64,000 bases of DNA from Anthoceros angustus. Its lineage: Eukaryota > Plantae > Anthocerotophyta. The number at the start of each line of letters is the position of its first letter. The stretch's first letter is position 1. Shown piece by piece: positions 37,201 through 47,369 of this stretch. The position numbers were made by a program, and so were the translations under genes. The stretch covers positions 340,216-404,215 of the forward strand of contig MU008198.1 of assembly GCA_010909165.1 (NCBI GenBank), read 5' to 3'. Under the pieces are notes generated by a model that saw only the letters and a program-made list of their open reading frames with translations, was not told the origin of the DNA and ran no database searches.

Positions 37201-37714
37201 CGGGCATCAAACTCACCCTACAAGTATGAGATGATACAGTTGCACGGCTTACAGGTCATCCATGTCTACCCTGCCCAGACTATGTGGTATGGCACCCATT
37301 TCAAAAACATACATTCACGCCTTGCAGGACTGCTAACAGTGTGAAAGGCTGGGATGGCAGCACTCAGGACAACACAACGACGGATTTCGGGAAATACAAG
37401 AGCGTGCATATTACTGTAGTAGAGGGTTGGACAGGTCGGCTCTCACAGCTCGCATTTCCTCGAAGGGTGTGCCTGCCTCATTTTCCACTTCCCGGTCTCC
37501 AATTCTGGCTAGATTTTCAACAAGAAGCTCGCCCTGACGAGGACCGTGACTGACCTGACCTGACAGAGCACAGCACAGCACAGCACAGCCGTGGGCAGTG
37601 AGCAGTTCATGCTGCTCATTCGAAAGTAACCGCCAAAGCTGCATCCAAAGTTCCCATCCCATGGCCGATGCTTTTGCTTGGTGCATTACTTGTTCAGTGT
37701 GGATGGTTTTGGCC

Positions 37715-37830
37715 ACTAGTAATCTGCTCACGATTGCCAATTCCAAGCTGTCCCCTGTGGAAGCACTGCACGGTGATGATGTCCAAGTTACTGTGTCAAC
37801 TGTGCCAACCAGCCTCTGTCAGCACCTCAG
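37715..37830 (-). pseudogene. Possible RCC1-repeat fragment
   Basis: One minus frame reads AGWHS*…HRGQLGIGN with RCC1-like spacing. Confidence 0.3.
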
Positions 37831-37921
37831 ACTGCACTGAATCTGTGATGCTTCAGCATGAGTATGGCTGGATTTAGAAAGCCAACAAGATCCATGTGTC
37901 CTGGTTCTCTATGTAGCAATG

Positions 37922-40550
37922 TTACAAATCTAGAGGATACAACGCTGTTTGGACTCTTCGGAGAGCCACCTTGATTCGCTCCTTCAAGTTCTCATCTCCA
38001 CAATCGATATCCTTTTTGGCATGGTCAATTGTTGCGATGAGCCCATCCACCCCAACAGTCAGGGTCTGCAATTCGTCATTTAACTGAACATCTGGTCCAA
38101 ACAACGAAAGCAACAGCGAATACACTATCCTAATCTCATCTCTCTCTACTCGCTCCCCCAAGTTGCTCCCCTGCTCACACTGAGCCTCCAAGTTCAAAAT
38201 CATGGCCACCACCGCATCTGCGATCATATCGCTCACTGGGTCCGAAGCCCACTCCATCACCACATGCTCACTACTCTCCTGAACCAGTTTCACATTTTCA
38301 CTTATCTGCAACGTGACCCCACCACCGCTGTTTTGTGTCGTCACTCCGTCAAACATGCTTTGCACCCGTTGCCGCAGTACTGCAAATGCTCCTTTGTAAG
38401 GGATGGACTGCCTTTGCAAAACACTGCCTGTGGACAGTTGTGTGTAAGTGTGCAGGTCATCTGGTGCCATCAGCTGGTAGTTGAACCCCTTCCTTGTCAA
38501 CAATCCACTAACAGGTTCCCCCTCTTTTGGAAGCTTCTCTGCTAAACGTCCCACCGCTTTTGCTGTCTTCTCTCCCTTGAAATACATCTCCACAGTCTGA
38601 CAATTCTTCGGGGTCAACACCTTCACCTGGCCGTCAGGAAACACATGCTGCAAGAGCTTGGATTTCAGCCGTCCCATCTCGTTTGCTTCTCCATGAACCA
38701 GAATAATATTAGGTGGCCTCAGCTCGCTCAAGAAGCCACTTGTCTGTGCAAAGTCTGCATGTGCAGAAAAAGATATGTACTGCACCCGCATATGCAGTGG
38801 TACTACTAGTCCACTTGTCAAAGTGACCTCCTTAGGGTCGTTGATTATGGTCTTTGCCAAGGTACCTTCAACCACATACCCAGGAATAACACACACATTC
38901 TTCTTGTCCTGACACCAAAGATCAAAAAGCTGGCGAGAAAGTCCACTTTGAAGCCCACCAGGACTGGCCATCACTACACATGCTCCGTTGTCCTCAAAGT
39001 GGTCAATACTCTTCAGAGGCTGAATGTGCTTGAAATCAAATGGATTTGCCACTTCATACTGGCTCCTAATCTTGTCATTCATGGCATTGATATAAGTCTG
39101 ATACACTGCCATACACCTCTTCGCCAACGGAGAAGCATAGAATATCGGTACTCTGTGCAGCTCTGGGTGAGCCTCCCAAAACTCATCCAGAATCAGCAAT
39201 AACTCTTGAGCTCGACCCAGAGCAAAAGCTGGAATCAAAACTCTACCACCCTGGCTAACTGCCTGTGCTACCGCATCTGTAAACTTTTTCTCCCTCACAT
39301 GCCGCGGTTGGTGACTCTGCACTCCATAGGTTGATTCGATTATACACACATCTGGTGAGAATTGAGGCATCTCAGCTGCTTTCAAATGGCGATCTTCTTC
39401 TCTCGAATAGTCACCAGTGTATAGAACCCGCACACCTGCTATATCTACCATGAACATCGCAGCACCAAGCACATGACCTGCTGTATAGCACCAGAAGCGA
39501 ATCCCATTAACCTCCATGGTCTGGTGGAAATCAATGACCTGCACCCAAGGCAATACACCCATGACATGGCACATCAGATACCATCAGTAACAAAGCAACC
39601 TCCTTGATTCCACCTTCTGAGCTGCAAATAACTAATCAGACCCCATCATTGACTCCACACCTCCCCTCGGCGCCCCCACCTTCCCCACCCCACCCTCCCC
39701 ACTCCTCCCTGCACGCCCCCTTCTCCCCCGCCCTCTGTCCTCTGAACGTAGACCAGTAGTCGCCATCAGAACATCCACAGAAGGAAAAAAGGTGGCACCT
39801 CAATTTTCTCCATTGTGTTCACAATATCCTGCTCATCGTACAACATTTCATCAACAGACACCTTGCTGATCTTAACATAGTCCGAGAGCAGCAATTTGTA
39901 AATCGCTTTAGTAGCATGCGTCATGAATACTCTTCCCCTGAACGTGGTCTGAAAAATGTCAAAATGGACGGATGAATTCTTTGTATGTTTCACAACGCAG
40001 AAGCTGGTCATCAGCACTTGCACACCACCTATATCTGAAAATCAACATAAGAAGCAAATACCTTTTCCAAAAAATAGGGTAGAGAAGCACAGTGATCCAG
40101 GTGGAAACTGCACGCAAAGAGATATCCGTTAGGCAGGACAATCAAGTAAGTCAGGACATCCATTGGTCACCCCACACAAGGAAAGCAAAATTGCGAGACA
40201 AAATCAATCCGCGAGGCCTCACTGAGTGATGAGAAGGACATCGACTGTAGATATATCAATTTCATCAAAGTAAGGCAGGGCAGCCATTCCCGAATAGGCT
40301 GGATGAATCCCGCAGTCGAACTGCAACATCCAGTAAACCAAGCTTCGACAAGGTCAGGACTAGCAAGCATAGCACAGGGATGAAAAGACTAAGCAGGTGG
40401 TCAATAAACTGTGATCACCAGAACAGTCTTGCCCTTGTAAGTCATGTACACGCATGATCGACCAACTTCATTCCCTGCGCCAAGAGGCGTGACTTCCAAC
40501 TTATCACCCTCGTCGGGTGCCGAGAAATCCTTCCGCTTCGCTGTGGCCAT
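37922..40550 (-). CDS. CPSF73: Cleavage and polyadenylation specificity factor 73 kDa subunit (CPSF73-I / CPSF3), ~680 aa, 5 exons
   Basis: Exons 40550-40419, 40320-40223, 40107-40062, 39948-39799, 39538-37922 with GT/AG ends. Motifs [60 protein letters not shown]. Confidence 0.98.
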
Positions 40551-40654
40551 GGCGCCGCGTCCAGCAATATCGACTGTAGTGACTGTATGTATAATGTTAG
40601 TGCCCGACAACCCTAAACAGACGAGGCCTTCAGTCTCCCGAGGAACAAGGAAAC
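40551..40654. promoter_or_regulatory. Very short divergent intergenic region (candidate bidirectional promoter) with a telo-box-like AACCCTAAA
   Basis: Only 104 bp between the two ATGs; AACCCTAAA at 40609-40617. Confidence 0.6.
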
Positions 40655-42133
40655 ATGGCGACAGAATCTCAGTGGAGCCTGCAGCATCAGCACGGGAAGT
40701 CCCGGGTCCGCGTCGGCCGTGTCTGGCGACAGGGCTCGCGGCACGTATTCGTGGAGTGGAGCGTGGACGTGTCGCTCACATCCGTCTGCGATGACGCCTT
40801 CACTATCGGCGACAACTCTGCTATTGTGGCCACCGACACCATCAAAAACACGGTACCGGCTCCAGCGCTAGATTTCGCACTTAGTGGGAACCTCCAACCT
40901 GCAATCTGTCACTTTGCCGACATTTTCCAGCTGCTGTGCAGATCTACTGGCTTGCCAAGCAGTGCAGTCAGCCTTTGTCTCTGGAAGACTTTGGCATAGT
41001 TGCAGCCAAACACTTCGTTTCCGTTTACGATGAGGTGGTGTGATCTATCCGGCTTTCTTGTCAGAACGTGCTCTGTGGTTATGTTTTTCTCTGTGCTGAA
41101 TTTTTGTGTTGGCGTGGCAGGTGACAGGAGCTAAGATTTCCCTGACCGAGAAACCTTGGCAACGTGTGCAGGAAAATGGCCAGCAGCATGACCATGGTAG
41201 CTTTGAGCTAAGGGAATTTTGAGAAGGTCCGAGCTGTGTGCCACTTCTGATGGTCTGCCCGACTTGCGACACGCAGGCTTTCGGCTGGGATCAGGTGTTC
41301 GAACAGCAGAAGTTGTGACAGCTAACGGTCTCCTCAGCGTGACATCTGGCTTTCAAAACGTCTCTGTGCTGAAGACAACACAGGTGCACTGCGTTCTGTT
41401 GTGATCTAATGCGGTGTCGATGTTTTCTTCTTGTTAAGGACAATCTCAACTTTCCAACATGGCTGCCCCCCAGTCAGGATTTGAGAACTTCATCCACGAC
41501 CAGTACACGCTCCTTCCAGATGTGACAGAGCGGATGTTAGCTTCGTCAATTACTGCTGCATGGAGGTTGATGTCTCTCCCTGGCTTTGCCTTATAGAGGA
41601 GTCAAAGATGGGGAGGATACTAACGTTCTTCACTCCGTCCTGCAGGTACAAGGGCAAACCAAAGTTGTCTTACGATGATACTTTTTCAGCGGTGCAGACG
41701 CTGCTTTTGAACAAGTTTTATGGCCCCCCTTCAGGGGGAGTATACAGCCCGTCGGTGCAGAACACCCTGTTCCTTCTGGCTGAAGCTGTGCTGAAGAGGT
41801 GGGCAGGTGGTTGCCTCGTGCTTGAATGATGACTTGCCTTGTGTCTTGTAACTGACCTGCCCCTCTGTTGCTGCTACAAAGCTTTCCGGAAGTGGAATCG
41901 ATCAAGCTGAAAATGCCCAATCTGCATTTCCTGCCAGCTCACATGCCGGGCATTGGAGTAAAGGTACGCCATTGGCTGTGTCCCTCCTCGTGGTTAACCA
42001 GGAATGGCTTAGCTGAGCCCGCCGTTTGTGGTCGCAGTTTGAGAATGACGTCTACACGCCTACAGACGAGCCGCATGGCACCATCGAGGCGTCCCTGGCC
42101 AGGCCACATGCTCTTGTACAGTCCAGGTTGTAG
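40655..42133 (+). CDS. UOX: Urate oxidase (uricase), 298 aa, 8 exons, C-terminal PTS1 (SRL)
   Basis: Exons 40655-40852, 40942-41034, 41121-41196, 41277-41383, 41474-41565, 41646-41798, 41882-41963, 42038-42133. Motifs HGKSRVRV, IVATDTIKNT, VLKTTQSGFENF, YSPSVQNT, MPNLHF, TDEPHGTI. Confidence 0.98.
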
Positions 42134-42863
42134 ACTTCTCCCACTAACCTATCGTCATACCATCTCGTGTAAGTTGGAAGTGTACATACATACGTAGGTA
42201 GGTAGTCGCGCTAATGTACATGAATTGCAAGTAACATGTACATCACTAACTATGGAAGTTATTACGTCAAGTGGATATTGTTCTTTTAAATATCCTGCTG
42301 CCGGTAAATCTGCATCGGGCTTCGATGCTTGTGCTAGCACCAGAATGACCTGCAAAAATTTGTACACAGTAATGTTCTGCAAAGGCATTCCATCCCTTAC
42401 AAAGGCTCATCAGTATGATCAAGAGCGGGTGAGCAACTTGGGGGAAGAAGTTGTGCCTTTCAACACAACTTTACGACTAAAGGGAAGTAAGGGTTATTAA
42501 GTTATATAGGAACTTCTTTTTTGGCCTTGCAACTTACTTTGCGATTTGCCCTGCTGCCAGTAAATTTGCAGCTTCGATTCTATTACTCGTGCTAAAGTTC
42601 TGGGTAGGGCTCGCCATTGTCATGAAATGTTACATTGTAGGAAAGGCAACCCTCTTCCGTGCTCTGCTGCTTGGACAAAAGGAAGTGACAGCAGCTTTTG
42701 GACACCGTGCGAGTGCCGCCATTGGCAAGCGAGCCGTGGTGGTGAACAAGTGAAAGCACGGACGCAGCTCGGGCACGGTAATTAGGAGGAAGGCGACTAA
42801 GGATGAGTTCATAGAGTTAGGGCAAGGTGAGTCTTGTGGGAGCGGCATAGCAGTTTTGGCTCC

Positions 42864-44417
42864 ATGGACCGGGAGTGGGGCAGCAAGCCTGGCAGCGGAG
42901 GGGCCGCGACTGCGCAGAATGAAGCCATCGATCGGCGGGAGCGGCTCCGCCGACTGGCGTTGGAGACGATCGACCTGGCCAAGGATCCCTATTTTATGCG
43001 CAATCATCTTGGAAGGTGCGGAATTGCCTCAGGATTCCTTACGATGGCTCAAAATTGTTGCAGCTGCGGAAATTGCTGACTCTCGGCTGTGCTTTCCAGT
43101 TACGAATGCAAGCTGTGTCTGACACTTCACAACAACGAGGGAAACTACTTGGCGCACACGCAGGGGAAGCGGCATCAGACGAATTTGGCCAAGCGGGCAG
43201 CTCGAGAAGCCAAGGATGCTCCTGCTCAGCCGCAGCCGAACAAGCGGAAGATAGCTCCTCGAAAGACAGGTTAGCAGGTCTTACTTTTTGGTGGCATGGA
43301 GTTTGGTAGGGTTTCGTTCTAGTTTGCAGATGACTGACCTCTGTCTTTGAACTCCAGTTAAGATTGGGAGGCCTGGGTACAGAGTGACGAAGCAGTACGA
43401 TAATGAAACCCGCCAGCGATCCCTGCTTTTCCAGGTTTGTATGGCTTTTCATGTACCAAAGCACGTGACAACGCATATGTGCATCTGGCAAAGAAAACTG
43501 ATATCCGCCATCTGTGCAGATTGAATATCCAGAGATTGAGGACAACGCGAAGCCAAGACATCGTTTTATGTCGTCGTATGAGCAGGTATACTCTCTGTGG
43601 CAAGAGTGTTGGAAAACATGCCTGCTGGTTACAATGTGTGCAGTTGAAAGTAAGCTGGTAAACAGCTTTTCCATGTGCTGTGTGAGTCTACAGAGAGTGC
43701 AAGCATGTGACAAGCAGTATCAATACCTTCTGTTCGCGGCAGAGCCGTATGAGATCATTGCTTTCAAGGTATGGAGCGTTTCTCAAGATCCTCACTTTGT
43801 GTTTGAGGTCAGCACACTCAACATTGTCTGTATCGTGTGCAGATTCCAAGTACAGAAATCGACAAGGTAGCCAACAAGTTCTTCACTCACTGGGACCCTG
43901 ACTCCAAAATGTTCACGGTGAGGCTTGGATATCAGGGTTTTGCTGGAGCAGTGTTTGGGAGGCTTTGCTTGTCGTGGATTCAGACTTTGCTGAAGAGCTG
44001 GTACTGTCCGTGTGCAGCTGCAATTGTATTTCAAATCCAAGCTGCAAGAAATGATGAAGACTGCCGCTGCACCTGTGAATGGTGTACCTGCTCCTCCAGC
44101 AGGGGCACCTCCTGCCCGACCACCTCCTCCCCCAGGGGGTGCCGGTTCTGAGGCTCCTGCTGGCCCTCCCCTGCCGTTGGGCCCACCTCCTCATGGAGCT
44201 CCAGGCCAAATAGGAGCCCTCCACCCCTCCTCCCAGTATGAATGGGCCGCCCCGGCATCCCCACCCTCAGGTGCATTTCCTCCACCCCACCCCACCTCCT
44301 CCTCAGCTTTTGGGAGGCCCAGGCCCCGGCCCTGGCCCTGGCCCTGTCCCCGGCCCACCCCGCAGCTTCCCGCAGGGTCCTCCCCTTCCCCCTATGGGAT
44401 TTACCCCGCTCATGTAG
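42864..44417 (+). CDS. SF3A2: Splicing factor 3A subunit 2 (SF3a66/SAP62), 7 exons, Pro-rich tail
   Basis: Exons 42864-43015, 43100-43269, 43358-43434, 43520-43585, 43694-43768, 43843-43917, 44018-end. MDREWGSKPGSGG, DPYFMRNHLG, zinc finger CKLCLTLHNNEGNYLAHTQGKRH. The tail probably ends TAG 44417 after an apparent C-run frameshift near 44220 (stop at 44464 if read literally). Confidence 0.96.
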
Positions 44418-44791
44418 TTTTACAACGTGAAAGCTCCCCTGTAATTGATTCGAGCGTCTGGTAGAATGTATCATGCACAATTGACTTCATTTGCAAGGAG
44501 TTGTCTGAGTCGGAGTTTTGTAAGTATTCATCCAAGGCTCCTAGTGAAATTTTCAAAGACGTTTGTGTGAACCAAAGTCTCACAATTTTCTGTCTTTCCT
44601 ACATCCTGATCGGGAACAGTTGTAATCTTTGCCTGAAGATGGAGAGACAGATAAGCTGCAGTTAACTGGCACTGGCCACCTGCAACCAACAGCTGTGGAA
44701 GCGTGAGCCCTCAAGCCATGCAAAAATGCTCAAAACCTGACCTCGGTCTTTCAAAAGAGCCAAACGTGGGCTTGTAGTCAGATCTGGCCAA

Positions 44792-47058
44792 ATGACGAGG
44801 GTCGGGGTTGGATTCTGGCCGCTGCTGGCTGCAACCACTGCTCTGCTACTGCTTTGTGTCCCTGGTAAGTCGCGACTTCTGGCCAGATTGAGATAACAAT
44901 TTTGATATCAAGTTGTCTTTCCCGTTGCCAGTGTACTGAACCATCTGAGGCAACACTAATTCAGCTGCGGGACAGCCGACGAAGCCAGCAGCAATCTTCG
45001 TATTTGGCGACTCCTACGCGGACACTGGAAACAGCAATAAGACCCGTCCTGTCCAAAATTCCAGCTGGAAGTATCCGTACGGCATCACATGGCCCGGGCA
45101 TCCAGCAGGCCGCTATTCCAACGGCAAGGTCTCCACAGACTACCTAGGTAACTAGTCTATGTCGATTGCAGCATGCTTGAAAGTTCACAAAGCTTTAGAT
45201 CTTGAAAAGCTGAGCTTTCAGTTCTGTCCTTGTCCAAACACTCATCACCCATTCTGCATGTTGCTATGTGTCTGTGCTTGCAATCGTAGCTGAGTTGATC
45301 AGGCTTCCCCGTCCGAGGGCCTACCGATCCATAGGACGCAGGTCCAACCCAGGGGGCTTCCGCCAGGGCATCAACTTCGCCGTGGGAGGCGCAGGCGGGC
45401 TCCCGTACGACGACTTGCCCCCCATCTCCCAGCAGGTGGTCCAGCTGAAGGGCGTCTTGAGGCACCATCCCAATCTCTTCGACCTTCGGCGTTCTCTGGT
45501 TTTCCTCTTCGTCAGCGGCAACGACTACCTCTACACCGTGGCCCAAAATCCGTCTACAACACAGGCAGTAAGTGTTTTGTCACAAGCCTACTCACGATGC
45601 GTGGAAGTCGATTTGAAATAGGCATGGAGGAATGGAATTGACGGATCTCACCGATGCGGTGTGGTGAATTGAATCAGGATTTGATTGCGCTCGCAAACAG
45701 AGTGGTGGCAGGAATCGGAGACAACGTGGTGGCCCTCCACCAGGTCGGGTTCCGCTACTTCGCGCTGGGAAACCTGGAGCCAGTGGAATGCCTCCCGGTA
45801 TCCAATCCACAGGGCTACACTACCTGCAACCAAACCCTGCGGGAGCTGAGCGGCTACCATAACCAGCAGCTGCTCGCCGCCATAGCGCATCTCCGGACGT
45901 CGCTTCCAGGCTCCGAGATTGTGGAGCTGGACCTGCACAAAGCGTTCAGCTACGTCATCCAGTACCCGCGCTGGTTCGGTAATGAAGCCCTCTCCCTCCC
46001 TCTCATCAAGCGCATGCATTCCTCACTGCATGCAGCCGGCGCCTTGTTCTGCATGAAATTCTGTCCAGCATCACTCCCGTCTCATTTCTTCCAGGGCTCC
46101 GTGCATATCTCATCTCAAACTTGTTTCAGACGGTGGTGGCCTTGTTGTGAATGACATGCCTTGCAGGAATCAAGCAGCCGCTGGGAGCCTGCTGCCAGCC
46201 CGTGAACCAGTCGCACATCTGCGGGGACTACGATGCCAACAACAACCCTCTCTTCACAGTGTGCTCCAATCCTGAGGAGTGGTTCTTCTGGGACGCCATC
46301 CACCCGACCTCGGCGGGCTGGAGATCCGTCACCTCCCTCTTCTTCTCAGGCTTCAACGTCACGGCCCTGACGCCCAACCTCCTGTGCTGGCTCAACACGC
46401 TCGACCTGGGCGCCCCCCGTCCCAGATCATCCTTCACCCGCGGTAAGCCTTCCCCTTCGCTCCCCTCCTTCCACAATCCTGTCCAGCTGCATCCGAGCTG
46501 ATCACCAATTACCCCGTACTGAGCTACCCCTTCGGCGCGCCCCCGCTCTGTGCAGCCGAGTACGTCGCGCTCGCGTCCAGGCTCCTGCAAGCGGTGAAGA
46601 GGACCGGAGATTACCCGCAGCTGTTGCGCCTGGAGAGAGAGAAGAAGGCCACCCTGGCAGCGCTGCTCCACAGCAACCAGCTCCCAACCGGCGTGCTCAA
46701 CCGGCTGTGGCCGGTGACCGTCTTCCTTCCCACGGAGGCCGCGGTGGAGCGGGAGCTGGGGACGCAGTTCCTGCGCCAGACCCGGTTCCCGGCCGTGGCC
46801 ACCGAGATTGCTCTGCAGCAAGTGGTGTACGGCGCTTGGCCCCTGTCGCGGCTCACGGCCAGCCACGGCCTGTGGTTGGAGACTCTGGCAGGATACAGCG
46901 TGCAGGTGGTGGTGCGAGATGGCGTCGTTTACCTCTCCAGTGGCACGGCCAGGAAGAACGTCACCTTGGCTCGCCCTGATCTCTTCGTTGCTCGGGGCGT
47001 CGGGGTGGTTCACCAGACCACTTCCCTGCTCCTCCCTCCCCACTTATATTTCCCTTAG
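44792..47058 (+). CDS. Secreted GDSL (SGNH) esterase/lipase with a C-terminal fasciclin (FAS1) domain, 537-560 aa, 6 exons
   Basis: Exons 44792-44864 (signal peptide), 44965-45147, 45290-45567, 45678-45978, 46167-46442, 46556 (or 46487)-47058. Motifs FGDSY, INFAVGGAG, SGNDY, WDAIHP; FAS1 VTVFLPTEAA, LETLAG, PDLFVARGVGVVHQTTSLLLP. The GDSL part is high confidence; the fusion is inferred from phase-compatible splice sites. Confidence 0.8.
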
Positions 47059-47148
47059 CCCACGGGTGTCGCACTTCTGTTTGTTGTAACACGATGGAAA
47101 ACGATAAGTGGGGTGTTTTGGTTTCTCTACTACCTATATGTATTGGAC

Positions 47149-47354
47149 AAATGGATAATTTATTCAGGTGAAAGAACGATGGACAGAGACAAATGGATGA
47201 TTTATTGAGGTGAAAGAATGATGGAAAGAGACCATCTAAGAGGGACAACAAATGGGGACCTGGGGTGGAAAGAGACCATCTAAGAGGGACAACAAATGGG
47301 GACCCGGGGTGGAAAGAGACCATCTAAGAGGGACAACAAATGGGGACCCGGGGG
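47149..47354. repeat. Tandem repeats in the putative 3' UTR of the non-LTR element (2 x ~44 bp and 3 x 44 bp)
   Basis: GGAAAGAGACCATCTAAGAGGGACAACAAATGGGGACC.GGGGT at 47223, 47267 and 47311. Confidence 0.95.
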
Positions 47355-47369
47355 TCGGGAGTGAAGAGG

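Noticed and set aside
37922-39574. CPSF73 as an intronless retrogene (550 aa ORF)
   Set aside because: The ORF is just the large final exon; four upstream exons with canonical introns complete the gene.
43039-43713. 224 aa minus-strand ORF
   Set aside because: Overlaps SF3a2 exons and introns on the opposite strand; no recognisable motif.
46228-47043. 271 aa minus-strand ORF
   Set aside because: Antisense shadow of GC-rich GDSL/FAS1 exons.
47149-47354. CRISPR-like array (also 36557-36720 and 35715-35840)
   Set aside because: Head-to-tail repeats without unique spacers, eukaryotic context, no cas genes.
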